A DNA stretch of 64,000 nucleotides, taken from contig NIVC01000130.1 of assembly GCA_002269645.1 (NCBI GenBank), positions 62,001 to 126,000 of the forward strand, written 5' to 3'. A program made the translations under genes and the position numbers. Positions 1 to 13,330 of the stretch are shown piece by piece. This DNA is from Macrostomum lignano. Lineage: Eukaryota. Below the pieces are notes generated by a model. It was not told where the DNA came from, did not search any database, and worked only from the letters and a program-made list of their open reading frames with translations. Every line of letters starts with the position of its first letter. Position 1 is the stretch's first letter.

Positions 1-414
1 GTTGCTGGGCCAGCCTCCCAGAGTGTCAGTTGCTGGGCCAGCCTCCCAGAGTGTCAGTTGCTGGGCCAGCCTCCCAGAGTGTCAGTTGCTGGGCCAGCCT
101 CCCAGAGTGTCAGTTGCTGGGCCAGCCTCCCAGTGTGTCAGTTGCTGGGCCAGCCTCCCAGAGTGTCAGTTGCTGGGCCAGCCTCCCAGATCCTCAGTTG
201 CTGGGCCAGCCTCCCAGAGTGTCAGTTGCTGGGCCAGCCTCCCAGAGTGTCAGTTGCTGGGCCAGCCTCCCAGATCCTCAGTTGCTGGGCCGGCCTCCCA
301 GAGTGTCAGTTACTGTGCCAGCCTTCCAGAGTGTCAGTTACTGTGCCAGCCTCCCAGAGTGTCAGTTGCTGGGCCAGCCTCCCAGAGTGTCAGTTGCTGG
401 GCCAGCCTCCCAGA
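1..414. repeat. 28-bp minisatellite (gtcagttgctgggccagcctcccagagt), intronic in CAND1
   Basis: About 15 tandem copies with variants (cccagatcct). A related array lies at 34105-34495 on the reverse strand. Confidence 0.95.
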
Positions 415-455
415 TCCTTGATAAAAACGGCAGTCTCGCCAATTGTCTCTTCCAG

Positions 456-974
456 GTGACATTCGAGTGCCTGTACACCCTTGTGGAGCACTGCGTCGAC
501 CGTATCGACCTGTTCACCTTCATCCAACACATCGAGGTCGGCCTAAAAGATGTGGCAGACATTCGAATCCTGTGCTTCCTCATCCTTGAGCGGCTGTGCA
601 GCCGAGCGCCCAGCACGGTATTTGCCGCCACCGAGGCCCTCGTGCCAGCGATTCGGGCCACATTTGCCGAGAAATCCACGGAGAAATCCGTTAGAGCTGA
701 ATTAGACAAACAAATCGAACTGAAACACGCTGCTATGCGAGTGTTCCTGTGCTTAGCTAAACTTGGCGAATCCAAGGCTGTTCAGGATTGCACCCAGATG
801 ATCATGTCCGATAGAGGCGGCCTAACTGTCTCGGCCGCCCAGCAGCACCAGCTGCAGCTGCATCAGTCGGGCCAGCAGGGTTCACAGCAGCAAGCGGCCG
901 CATCGTCTACGACTGTTGTTAGCCTCTACCAGCTCTACCTTACCGTTGAAAAAGAGTTGGCCAGTCAGAATTGA
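456..974 (+). CDS. CAND1: Terminal exon of cullin-associated NEDD8-dissociated protein 1 (gene starts upstream of the window)
   Basis: Acceptor tcttccag|GTG at 455/456. TFECLYTLVEHCVDRIDLFTFIQHIEVGLKDVADIRILCFLIL...KSVRAELDKQIELKHAAMR matches the remembered CAND1/TIP120 C-terminus ([38 protein letters not shown]...KQEFEKQDELKRSAMR). Confidence 0.88.
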   Translation: MTFECLYTLVEHCVDRIDLFTFIQHIEVGLKDVADIRILCFLILERLCSRAPSTVFAATEALVPAIRATFAEKSTEKSVRAELDKQIELKHAAMRVFLCLAKLGESKAVQDCTQMIMSDRGGLTVSAAQQHQLQLHQSGQQGSQQQAAASSTTVVSLYQLYLTVEKELASQN

Positions 975-1084
975 TTTTTGTTTAGTTTTTATGGAAACAA
1001 ATACTTTGAATTAATTAATCGAGGCACTTGGAACTTCTCTGACGCCCTTTTTGAATGGGCGACAATATAAGTGAAAAAGTGTAA

Positions 1085-1850
1085 GGATTTCATTTAGAAG
1101 TCACCTGTTAACGGGTGGTTCATTTAGAGGTCCTTGTAGGACGGATGGTTCATTTAGAGGTCCTTGTAGGACGGATGGTTCATTTAGAGGTCCTTGTAGG
1201 ACGGGTGGTTCATTTAGAGGTCCTTGTAGGACGGATGGTTCATTTAGAGGTCCTTGTAGGACGGGTGGTTCATTTAGAGGTCCTTGTAGGACGGATGGTT
1301 CATTTAGAGGTCCTTGTAGGACGGATGGTTCATTTAGAGGTCCTTGTAGGACGGATGGTTCATTTAGAGGTCCTTGAAGGACGGATGGTTCATTTAGAGG
1401 TCCTTGTAGGACGGATGGTTCATTTAGAGGTCCTTGTAGGACGGGTGGTTCATTTAGAGGTCCTTGTAGGACGGATGGTTCATTTAGAGGTCCTTGTAGG
1501 ACGGGTGGTTCATTTAGAGGTCCTTGTAGGACGGATGGTTCATTTAGAGGTCCTTGTAGGACGGATGGTTCATTTAGAGGTCCTTGTAGGACGGGTGGTT
1601 CATTTAGAGGTCCTTGTAGGACGGATGGTTCATTTAGAGGTCCTTGTAGGACGGATGGTTCATTTAGAGGTCCTTGTAGGACGGATGGTTCATTTAGAGG
1701 TCCTTGTAGGACGGAGGGTACACTTAGAGGTCCTTTTAGGACGGCGGGTACACTTAGAGGTTCTTGTAGAACGGAGGGTTGATGGAAAGATCCCTGTAGA
1801 ACGGAGGAAGGTCAAGATGGAAGGCTCATTTAGAGGTCCCTGTAGGAGGT
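1085..1850. repeat. 30-bp minisatellite (catttagaggtccttgtaggacggatggtt)
   Basis: About 22 near-perfect copies plus degenerate edges, downstream of the CAND1 stop. Confidence 0.95.
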
Positions 1851-4800
1851 AGGGTTGATTTAGAAGTCCTAGAAGGTCCTTAATGTTTTAAAGTCCTACG
1901 CACGTTTACTGCGAATTGCTATCTCGGAGTGGGGATCAGTAGCTGTTCATGTTGAATCGGAAAGGAATGAGTTGATATTCAATTTATCAAGAAGTGAAAC
2001 TTTGAAAGTGTATCTATTTAGCTAAGATTATGTTTGTATGTTTGTGTTTCACAAAAATAATTTATGAAAGTTTTCTAAATAATACTACATACCTATTCTT
2101 GTCCGTTGATTAACTATATACATACTAGCAGCTAATTAATTATATTTTGATTGGGTATCTTTTATTAACCCTGTGTTTATTAATGCTAGCTATAGAAGTA
2201 CTCAAAGTATCAAAAGTACTCAAATCTATTTCTGAGTAAACTCCAACCCGTGTGAAATAGTATCTTACGTTAATGCATAAAGTCCCGGTCCCCTTCTTAA
2301 TTTATACTACTGTAATGATTTTACACTATAGTAGTATCGAAAGTTTGGACTAAAACAGATCGGAATAATAATAATAATTGTTGGTGTGAATGTCTCTATC
2401 TTGTTAATTTTCAACGGCCGTTAATCAGTAAAATAAAATAAAGCTTATTTATGCTTAACGTTTCAAACAAAACTATAATTTGCTTGTGTTTATCTTAGCT
2501 TTTTAATCGTGTTTCGAACTTATTTTTCATTGGTAATCTATTGGAATCCAATTACGAGGGGTGTCCGGAAAGTCCTGACACTTGTAATCCCAAAGCGAAA
2601 AACAGTGAGATTTGCGTACAATTGACAGAGTTGATAAAATACTCAACACAGCAAGTACAGTATATCTTTTCTTACACAAGAACGGCAAATTAAGTTGCAT
2701 ATATACAATACACGTAATGTTCATTTGCGTCTCGCATGAAAATATACTAAAAATGACTCAAATGAGTTGTTTGTATGTATGTATATGGGTATGCAACTGA
2801 AAGTGATGGGGGTGAAAATGAGGGACAATAGTAATAATTGGATACTGCCACGCAATAATCTTACAATCGTAGCTTATTAGAGAGCACGATCCTTGTATTC
2901 ACTTTCGTTATACGATGCCCTCAATGGAGAATTTGTTAATAATGCCATGTTGTCATCTGTTAGGAAACAGAGAAAATGGTTGCAGTAAATCCTGCAGCGT
3001 ATCAACTTTCTTTGTAGGATTAAAGGAGCCAGGAGACTTGCGTTTTGCTGCCTGTGTACGTCTCAATTCTCACTATTTTCCATTGGGTATCGTATAACGA
3101 AATTGACGCAAAATGCGAGTATCGTAAAACGAAAGAATGCCAATTTTGTGATGCAAAAAGTCATTTTTCCTATCTTCGCGCGGTGCATTTTTTCCAGGAA
3201 ATCGACCAAAAAATTGATTCCTATAGTCATTTCGTCATCTGGGGTGTCACGTCGACTAGGGCGATCACTTCGTCATCTTAATTAGCATGCACTATATACC
3301 TGAAGAGAGTCATTTTCGTCATCCACCAATCATATTAGTTCTAACTTCCAAGTGAATTAATGTGGCAATTAAACATATTTACTTGGAATCCTAATGAATT
3401 CCTAGTGATTTTGTCATCTCGATTGGTAAAACCTGTCGATCGATCGGTTCTGCTTGCCACAGCTTATAGTTAATAAAAACTTAAAAAATCGAGTTTACAC
3501 TAACTCGAATCTAACACTGACCCCCATGGACTTCGTAATTTCCTTCGTAATTTCCATCGTAATTTCCATGGAATTAGTACATGCTAGTTTATACAAATTA
3601 CAATATGATGCTTAAAATGACGCCATTAAGTTGGTGAAATGTACTGCATGTACTATTGTGTGGGGCGAACATGTTGATGGAGTTAGAAAGTCACTGACTT
3701 CCAGAGACTAGAGTGGAAGTATATTTACATTTACACCATGTTAAAGTGGCTGGAAGAAAAATCGATTATAGAACAGGTCGGTATAGGGGCCAGTTGGGGC
3801 CCAGTAAAAACTGAAGGGGCAACATCATATCGAATTAAGTTTTTTAATTATTGTAAAAGCAAATTTTCACCGATCGAATAGTAAAAATGACTTCCAAGAA
3901 TTAGCGAGGCAACGTGATCAGCTGACAAGTTAAACTGCAAAGTCTACAGGTGCTTTTGGCCGCTCGGCTTCTCGAGTCCGGTTGGCAACTCGTACCAGCT
4001 TATTAATTCCTGGAACTTCTGGTCCTGCTCGAACTTCGTTGTACTCCAAAAGTTTTTCCTCTATATTGCAGCTGCAGTAGTAATAAGGGGCTATATGCCA
4101 ACTTAAGCTCATAAAGTAGAGGTTCCTAATCCCCTTGCTTATTCTGCCCTATCCTGAGTCCAGTTTTCATCGCTTTTTGCCAAATCCAGCTTCCTACTAG
4201 TGTCATGGTGAGCAGAATGACATCATTTGTGTACATAGGTTACACGGGCTCCACTAGCCTAGCTTTGAGTTTAGTTTGATCCGGCCGTTTGATTCTTCTT
4301 GTACATTGGTCGTGTAATTTAGTGGCTCATTTGATGAGTGTGAATGAGCCTTAATGTGTAAATTAAATGCAATAAATGCACCATATTTTAAATTGTTTAT
4401 ATGTAGGATCTTTGGCAGTCCAGTAGTATAGTGTTTATCTACCAGCTTAAGCCAAACATTTAGAGATAATTCATGCAAGCCTGCAAAAGCTGAAAACTAA
4501 GTAAAGAGATTTTTCATTGTTTCCCTTACAGCTAGCTCTTTAGCAATTAAAAATTATTAATTCGATTTCATACAACACATATGCAGTCAAAATTCAGACC
4601 TCTAAGCTGGTACCAATCATTTTTTTTCCTATCATGATGTACGTGTACGGGTTGCTTTGTTTTTTTATGTAATATTTGCTGTGTTTTACTGTTGTTTTAG
4701 CTTATTTACTTCTACATGCAGCAAAATCCTATATAAATCCTAAAATCACAATATACTAAATCTCTAAGGTTTGACCGGTATTCCAGTCTTTAAGTGTACT

Positions 4801-5481
4801 GAAGATGATACCAGGGATGGACATTCTAGCAGTGCAGGCTATTATAAGGTTTTTGGCCTGGCGTATGCATTAAATATTTTTATTGTACACTTAAAAACTA
4901 GTAACAGAGTGAATTATTGCACATTCAAATTTATAAAAATTTGTAATTTTTTTCATTTAATTGTCATTAAAAATATTTCATCCGTCAAGCCGTCCACATA
5001 AAATTAGTATACGTCTTCTGTTCAGTGTTACAAGTTTTGATGTAAAAAACAATATTGGCCTATAACATTTTCATATATCCTCTCTACATTTTCATATATT
5101 TTAAAAAGTATTTAAAAAACATCTTAAAAGTATTCCATTTTATTATTAACTGAAAAACTAACATAAAATTACAATATATCTCAAAACTTTCTAAAGTCGT
5201 ATATTTTCCGGCATCGTTAATTTTAACGACAATCGTGAAAGTTCGTGAACAAGTTTGCTGTTCCTCACCTAAATTTGAATTACTATCGCTCTTGTCTGAA
5301 TGGATTTCTTACTGCAGATATCCTGAAGTAAGTCTTTCAATTTGTGAATTGTAAGTAAAGTATTTTTTATTACTGCTATCATATTTGTTGAATTTGTTCC
5401 AAATTACTATTTCTTGCTTTTAATTCAGTTCCTTTTATTTATTCCTAAACTCAGGTAGTTTAACAACAGCATTAAATCAGA

Positions 5482-8400
5482 ATGGCGCCGTCTCCGAAAA
5501 TTCACGTCAACATCGTGGTCATTGGCCATGTCGACTCTGGAAAGTCTACTTCCACTGGCCATCTGATCTACAAGTGCGGTGGCATTGACAAGAGAACTAT
5601 CGAGAAGTACGAGAAGGAGGCACAGGAGCTTGGCAAAGGCTCGTTCAAGTACGCATGGGTGCTCGACAAGCTGAAGGCCGAGCGTGAGCGCGGTATCACC
5701 ATTGACATTGCTCTGTGGAAGTTCGAGACTGAGAAGTACTACGTCACTGTCATCGACGCCCCTGGCCACAGGGACTTTATCAAGAACATGATCACCGGTA
5801 CCTCTCAGGCCGACTGCGCCGTGCTGATCATTGCTGCTGGTGTTGGCGAGTTCGAGGCCGGTATCTCGAAGAACGGTCAGACCCGCGAGCACGCTCTGCT
5901 GGCTTACACCCTCGGTGTAAAGCAGATGATCATCGGCGTAAACAAGATGGACTCGACCGAGCCGCCGTACTCCGAGGCCCGCTACAACGAAATCAAGAAG
6001 GAAGTGTCCGCCTACATCAAGAAGGTCGGCTACAACCCGGATGCGGTCGCTTTTGTGCCCATCTCAGGCTGGCACGGAGACAACATGATCGAGGAGAGCA
6101 ACAACATGTCCTGGTTCAAGGGTTGGAGCATCAAGCGCAAGCTGCCCGGCAAGAAGGAGGAGACCACCACCGAGGGCAAGACCCTGATCGAAGCTCTGGA
6201 CGCGATCATTCCGCCAGAGCGACCCACCGACAAGCCGCTACGTCTGCCGCTACAGGACGTGTACAAGATCGGCGGTATCGGCACCGTTCCGGTCGGTCGC
6301 GTCGAGACTGGCATCTTGAAGCCCGGCATGGTCGTGACCTTCGCGCCACAGATTCTCTCGACTGAGGTCAAGTCCGTCGAAATGCACCACGAGCAGCTGG
6401 CCGAGGCTGTACCTGGTGACAACGTAGGCTTCAATGTGAAAAACGTGTCTGTGAAGGACATCCGTCGTGGCAACGTGTGTGGTGACTCCAAGAACGACCC
6501 GCCTAAGGAGACTGGAGACTTTGTTGCTCAGGTGATTATTCCGATGATTTTATTTTTTTCGTTGCAATTGCAACATTTATTATCATTGTCACCACACTTA
6601 AAGACACGGCGGCCATGTCTTCAATCCAAAAGCATATAGAAACGGCGGCCGTGCCTCTAAGTCTAATAGTGATTAGGTCCATACTTATAGTCGTTATAGA
6701 TACAGCCGGGCCGCCGTGTCTGTAATATTAGAGGTTAGAGCTTATAGACCCGGCGGCCGTATCTGTACTATATAGAATGAGTCTCACACTGGAGACAGCA
6801 GCCGTTCTTAATATTGAATGAGTTCACTTTTAAAGACGCAGAGGTAGGCCGTGTTCCTAATATACAATCCACTTGACATTAAAGACAGCGGTGGTCTCTT
6901 TTATTGTCAAAATTTAAAGCAACGGTACCATGTGTCTTTACACAGCGGACGTGCCTATAAGCTCCAATCTGGGTTTATTTTTTGTGCGTAGTGTGCGTAT
7001 GCACCTTAAATTTTAAAATTGCACCTTGAAATTAAAATGTAGGTGCGGTTTAGGTGCAGTCTCAACCTATTTTTCTATTAAAGCCTCATTCGCACTGCCT
7101 TAAAATAAGAAAAAAGAGAAATTGCACTTTGAGCCTTAAATTTGCACCATGAAAGTGAGCATAGGGTGCGATTTTGCACCTTGTCTCTGGCGAAAAGGAA
7201 AACCCTGGCTCCAACATTATAGACACGGAAGCCGTTTCTATAAGTAGTCAGTTTATAGTAAGGTATGTTATTTAATTATTAAATAAAATTTAAAATGACT
7301 TAAAAACTTGAAACTTGTATTATATTTATAGCTTCTAATACCATTATACTGCTTGATTATAGCTATAATCAATTACATTATTTGATTTCCTTTTAAAAAC
7401 TTGGGGTCTGGCTAGTTGATTTGACCAGTTAACCTGGTCTGATCCTAGCCTTTGCAGTTTTTTGCTTAGTATAAGTAATTTCATATATTAAGCAACTCTG
7501 CAGACTCCTAAATTATTGCAGCTGCAGTATCTATTTGCTGCGCTCAGGCCTGTATATTCCTTTTCCTCTTTAGCCTTATATGGGCTATGAATAGTTGGAT
7601 AAACCATGCAGGTCACAGCTCACAAATCATTGAATGTTTACTAAAAATGCGAGGGTAGGGGGCAGATATCCACTGAAGGATAGAAAGGATCATACTGCGT
7701 GTTTTATTACCCCATTTACAAAATTTGGTTTAAAGTGGTGTAATGGTGTTCCGCCGTAGCTACGGCTACAGGATCCTACAGAAAATGTGGTAAAATTGGT
7801 GTCTGCCTAAGGCAGCTACAGAAAGTTATACCTAATATAGTGCAGCAAAACACTACACTAGCATATTCTGTTAACTGTTATTAATGAGAAAAGGCTCCAT
7901 CTATATACTACTAAGTGATTTCAGTAGTAGAAAATGTAATCTTACAAAGGCAATCGAGTGTTTCAGTTTCTACCTTATTTGCAGTCATTTAAATACCAGT
8001 ATATCTTATTCAGAGTGTTTAATTTCACGAGACAAACAAAACTATGGCTACGGGAATACAGTAAATATTGGAGTCCCTACGGCCACGGAATAGGGAAAAC
8101 TGGAATAAGCCGTAGTTTTGCTTACGGCCACGGCACATTAACCCCTAAGTCTTGTTTTGTATATCATTGAAAAAAGTATAAAAACTTTGTATTTCTTTGT
8201 GACTCCGCAGGTCATCGTACTGAACCACCCCGGCCAGATCCAGCCCGGCTACGCTCCCGTGCTCGACTGCCACACCGCTCACATCGCCTGCAAGTTCAGC
8301 GAGTTCCTCAAGAAGATCGACAGGCGCAGCGGCAAAGAGCTCGAGGACTCTCCGAAGATCCTGAAGAGCGGCGACGCCGCCATGATCAAACTGATCCCCT

Positions 8401-8570
8401 CCAAGGCCATGTGCGTGGAGCCCTTCGCCCAGTACCCGCCTCTGGGTCGCTTCGCCGTGCGCGACATGAAGCAGACCGTGGCCGTGGGCGTCATCAAGGA
8501 GGTCAACAAGAAGATCACGGAGGGCAAGGCGACCAAGGCTGCTCAGAAGGCTACTGGCAAGAAAAAGTGA
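5482..8570 (+). CDS. EEF1A: Elongation factor 1-alpha, copy 1; exons 5482-6531 and 8211-8570; 469 aa
   Basis: [17 protein letters not shown] and NKMD GTPase motifs. GT-AG intron 6532-8210 (CAG|gtgatt...ccgcag|GTC). AATAAA near 8642. Confidence 0.98.
6590..6960. repeat. Degenerate ~40-50-bp tandem repeat (agacacggcggccgtgtct core) in the EF1A copy 1 intron
   Basis: The core recurs about 8 times and resumes at ~7220 after a MITE insertion. Confidence 0.65.
6969..7207. mobile_element. hAT-like MITE
   Basis: Ends ctgggttt...aaaccctg, flanked by an 8-bp target duplication gctccaat (6961-6968) / gctccaac (7208-7215). Confidence 0.65.
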
Positions 8571-10349
8571 ATGACCCGCACCTGTGTAATTCTGGAGGCA
8601 TTGCAGTTAACTGAACTATTTGGAATGCTCGATTGTCGATCAATAAAGAATGCGAAGTTAAAGTTGCGAGACTTGTTTGTTTGGAAATTCCTGTCTCGAT
8701 TTGTTTAATTTCTTTGTGTTTCAATCTATTTGTTGCTAGTATTTCCTGACTAAAGAGCGACGTAAAGCCCGAACTTCACAAATGTATGGGCACAAGTATA
8801 GGCTGCATAATGAAGTAGCCAGTTAATTGCAACGAATTAACAGTTCATTTATTCATATTACAAGGGGCGGGAACTGAAAAGTTGGGAGGCTGTACTTTTT
8901 AATAACATTGCTTCAAGCATTACTTGAAGCAGTATTTACCACAGACTAAGTGACTGCAAAGGAACACTAACTCGTTCTGTAAGTCCCTAAATTTGATGTC
9001 TTCTGTTCAATTTCAAACAATAACTTGGAATCTCTGGGTAAAATTCTGAATCATACAATTGTCAGTATCAGTACATGCTAACAACTGAGTGTACATGCCA
9101 ACTGTGGGCTAGTATCAGCGAAATGTACTATTGTTAATACAAAATTGTTGATTCCTCTTAGCTAAAGAGAATAATCTGCAATCCAGGTTTTAGCATACTT
9201 GTATACAAAATCCTAGCCTGCTGTGCTTCTACAGGATCAACCGTGGATTTTGCTGAATCATTCTGCACCGAACTGCTGGTTTTTGGCCCGACCGAAGCTT
9301 TAATTTGTTCATTGCTCTGCTGCCCCACTGAGTGAGCGCCCTTCACTCCCACTCCCCTTTCCTAAACCAACGCATGCACAACCTTTGCACCGCAGCGGGC
9401 CATGCAACCCCACGCAAGCTACTGCAGCAGCTAGACTCCATGCCGCTTTCCGTTAGTACGAGTATAGTCTGCATGCAGTGCAATCGAAACCATGCATACC
9501 ACATTTTCTATTCAGAAATTTACACGATATTCACGTGTTTAATATAAGTGTTTGTCTAGTGTTGAAAATTATAATTAACGCGTAAATTAGTTGTTCGTCC
9601 ATGCTTGCAGAAATCAATTCCGGCCGAACATTAAGCCAAGTTTTTAAATTCGTTTTGAATTTTTTACAATTTGTCAACAAAAATGGTGTGCGCCATTCGT
9701 TACGCAAAATTTTTGCAAGGTACATGTACTATTTGTATGATTTGCAAATTTGTATTGCGAGAGAGATCGATCGAGAGCTGTAAAGATTCATATTATACTG
9801 TAACAGAAGAATATTGTGCGTCACGCGGGGTGAGAGTAATTTGGGTGAGTCAGCGCGGGTTCCACGCCCTGGCTGCAGCTGGGTCTGTGGCTCAACGCTT
9901 TCAGTCAGTATTAGGAAACAATTTGCCTGCCGAAGCAAAAATAGGCGCGCATTTTTCTACATGTCTACTATATACACTATATATATAGTAGCGCAATTAG
10001 GATTTTTTATTAACATTATTTTTCCTCCCGTTGAACTACCATTCACCCCCCTGACAATTTTTTGCTGTGCGGGAACGGAGCAACGAAGGCACACGAAATT
10101 CAAAAACAACTTTTTGTTGCGCACCTTCTCAAACAAGAATTAGGTCGCCAGCCCTCCGGACCGTCAAGATATTCGACGATTCTGCCAGAAGAAGGTCGGA
10201 TTTTTCCCATAAGCGCCACTAGTGTCAGTGCGCCAATCAGCACTGCGCCTCGGTGCAGCCTTGCCAAGCCTCCAAATTTCATCAGCATGTCGATCGCATG
10301 TGTCTGCATCAGCTCTGGCTTCGTTGGTCATGAGCCTTCACCCAGGCGG

Positions 10350-11065
10350 AGCTTCTGGACCTTCAACAGGTGGCACCTGCAGGAGACTATGTTGCAAAAT
10401 TTTCCGGCTTCGCCTATCAAAGCCTCGAAAGCGGGCAAATCTCAACTGCTGGACATCCTCAGCTACATGTAGCTCAAGCATTCTGTCATCACCCGGACGC
10501 CGTCGGCACCTTCAAGAAGACAAAAATAGGACTATGGATCGGAGACTCAAAAAAGATTATGAATTATTTTTTTAGATTTTAGTTATACTTTTACTTGATT
10601 TTGAGTCCTACAGAAAATTTGATACTTGTTTGTAAATTTTTCTCTTGGCGAAAATTTGGTTTAACTGACTAATTACGTCATCACGTCGGGTGATGATAGA
10701 CTGTTGAGAGTCTAGCTGAGAATGACCAGGAGTTAGAGTTTGCCTATTTTTGATGCTTGATAAGCGAAACTATAATAGAAATTCGCATCAGGGTGTTTAT
10801 GGTCACCTGGCGCCACCTGTTGAAGGTTCCGACGGCGTCGGGGTGACAAAAGAATAGCAAACATCAACTGCCGGAGTAAGCGGAGCCGGATTAAGCTTGA
10901 AAAGAAAAATCTGACATATAGTTGCAACCTGCAGTATCTCCAAATATAGTCACCTGGTGCCACTTGTTGAATGTGCCGACAGCGTCGCGGGTGATGACTG
11001 AATGCTTGAGAGACTATAGCTGAGGATGTCCAGCAGTTGAGGTTTGCCTATTGTTGAAGCTTTAT
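10350..11065. repeat. Foldback: a ~150-bp unit on + and about two copies on -
   Basis: caactgctggacatcctcagcta...tcaagcattc.gtcatcaccc at ~10440-10495 is inverted at ~10990-11045. A more degenerate inverted copy lies at ~10690-10850. Confidence 0.75.
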
Positions 11066-12039
11066 TGTCCGCAGCCCATTCATTTTTGGTGAATGATTGT
11101 TGTTGATTTTATAGCCAGGCGCGGGTCCTAGCTGCCCTCTCGGCTGCTCCATCATCTCACCAAAATGTCTCTGATCGCACTAATACTACACATCCTAGAT
11201 TCGGTATAATATATAGCGAGTTTTCCTTGAATCAGGTGCACGCAGGTGAAAATTTGGCTCAGCTAGGACCCAGAATCTCAAGGTGCGTCAAGTTAATCAA
11301 AAGTGACAAATAAGAAGCTAAATTTACACCTGAGAGAGTACACGGTTCTCAGCTGATTTTGCTTTTATACGGACACCCGGCCAATAATAATAATTGATGA
11401 TTACACCTGCCCCTATAATGGACAGATGTGCAACCGACAGCTCAGCCGCAGCTATTGCGCGGCGCATCTGAAGGCATGCGTACGGCTGTTCAGTCCAAGG
11501 ACTGGGGAAGGGGGCGCCACACACACCCTCAATTTTCCCAGCTTATGGTGGCTCCTATTTCCCATTGACCCGTCGTTGAGAGTCTTGCTTAATTAAACAC
11601 AACAATTTTTCCGAGTGGGACCAAGAAACGAACCTCCGACCTTCAAGCTTGGACACCTTTGGCTAGCTTTCAAAGCCGACTCAAAAAATTGTTGCAACAG
11701 GTTCTGTTGAATTTTGTCTGACAACTTCTAGTGGTCCTTGTGTCTGACTTGAAGACAAGTCTTACACCATGCATCAATCTCCAAATTTTTAATAAGGCTT
11801 TGGTAAACATTTTAAGAGATTCGATAAAATCTATATATTCCACGGTTTGTCGCAATGCTCTTGAAGAGTGCTCATCGTGCCTCTCAGATGGTGTTTCCGT
11901 CAGCATCAAATGCGAGTAATTTCCAATCTCCCTGCTCTGTCACTATCCCTTGTTGAACACGTCAGAGATCTAATAGAGATTCATTGGTTGCTATGCCCTT
12001 CATAAGCCCATGTCAACAGTTCGTCTACCGATCTCGGCG

Positions 12040-12600
12040 GTCTGGTGCCTGACGTTTGCGAGGACCTGCGACCTCCCAATGGACTTTACTGGGCTGCCTT
12101 CCGTTCCATGAGGGTTTTCCTGCAGTCCGAGGCCCTACCCGACCGCCAGAGGGCGGCGTTGTTCCTGGCGGTGATCGAGACCGTCCTGTTGTACAACGCC
12201 GAGACCTGGACGCTGACAGATTTGCTCGAACAGCTGGTCGATGCGGCGCACGCTGGCCTGCTGTGCGCCGCCTTCAAGATCGGCTACAAGCGAGTCACCA
12301 TGCAATGCGGCACTCTATCGCCGAATCGGCCTGTCGCATCCCAGCAAACTTTTGCGCCGTCGGCGACTCCAGCTGGCAGGCCATATTATCCGAGCCGAGT
12401 CCTGCTGCCCACAGCCGGTGCAGGAGGTGCTGCTGCTGACGCTGCAGGCACCCTATCGGCGGGGGCAGGCGCGCACTCGGCGTTTCGTCGACTGCCTTCT
12501 GGATGATGCCGGCGCCCCGGACACTGCCGGCGGTGCGGCCTACATTCGCGCCCAGCCCTTGAAACGTGCCTTGTGAAGTCTGCTGACTGACTGACAACGT
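12040..12600 (+). mobile_element. 5'-truncated, frameshifted RTE-clade non-LTR retrotransposon, 3' fragment
   Basis: VLLYNAETWTLT and RRLQLAGHIIR...RRGQARTRRFVD are typical post-RT RTE motifs, here in two frames. Followed by ctgactgactgac and a (ttg)n tract. Confidence 0.8.
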
Positions 12601-13202
12601 ATTTTGTTGTTGTTGTTGTTGTTGTTCATGTGCCCGATGTACATGTATAGTCCTTAACGTCGGCATTTGCACCCATAAAATCTGAAGTCCAAAGTACATT
12701 AAACACCTGCTAATGCGTGGTTCTTGACAGAAAAATTCAAGTTTTTTCACGATATCCACAGCACTCAGTGAATCAATTGCAATTTCGACATGGAATTCGA
12801 GTGCTTGGAGTCAAGTCTTGCTATTCGAACTCTGTGCACCTAACAGTATACTGTTATCTGACCTTTGGGGCCCAAGCGCGGCACCTTCCACAAACCGATG
12901 TTGAACAGCTAGAGACAGTGGACATCTGCATGTAGCAGTGCAAACACAATGTGCAGTGTATGTACATTGTGCAGGTTTGTTATCGTTTTACATATTGTTT
13001 GTAGCAGAATAAATATTTTTTCATTTGAATAATATTTTTGAGGCTAGCTGGAAATAACATATTTATAACTAAATGTAATTTTTTGCAGCCTGCACTCGCA
13101 AAACAGTGTTAAGAACGAAAATGGCGAATTCTGCTCGGAGGCTGTGCTCTACTCAAAAACAAGTTATTTACAAAGACTAAATACAGTGTTTTGACTAAAT
13201 GA

Positions 13203-13230
13203 TATATAAAGCGTGTGATATTTCAGTGCA
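13203..13230 (+). promoter_or_regulatory. Putative TATA box and initiator of the CUB-domain gene
   Basis: TATATAAA at 13203 and TTCAGT at ~13222, about 110-130 bp before the predicted ATG. Confidence 0.35.
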
Positions 13231-13330
13231 TAGAACCGCGACGCCTAAAGGCGAGCTACAAAACTGAAAATCCCAGCAATAAGTACAGATAAAAGCTTTC
13301 TTAGAATTTAGATTCCGGATTTCAAGAATC

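Noticed and set aside
1115-1852. (MVHLEVLVGR)n ORF
   Set aside because: A 30-bp satellite downstream of the CAND1 stop with no supporting gene structure. Coding is unlikely, though not excluded.
3930-4112. 60-aa minus-strand ORF
   Set aside because: Short, with no recognisable family motif.
7735-8150. Possible TTAA-flanked (Kolobok-like) element in the EF1A intron
   Set aside because: The inverted ends are too degenerate and the right TSD does not match.
9671-10582. Several 70-136-aa ORFs downstream of EF1A copy 1
   Set aside because: No recognisable motif or consistent splice chain. Probably decayed transposon DNA.
11560-11670. Second tRNA-like SINE head on the minus strand (TAGCCAAAGG...GGTTCGTTTC)
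   Set aside because: Single occurrence with weak boxes. It cannot be supported without a genome search.
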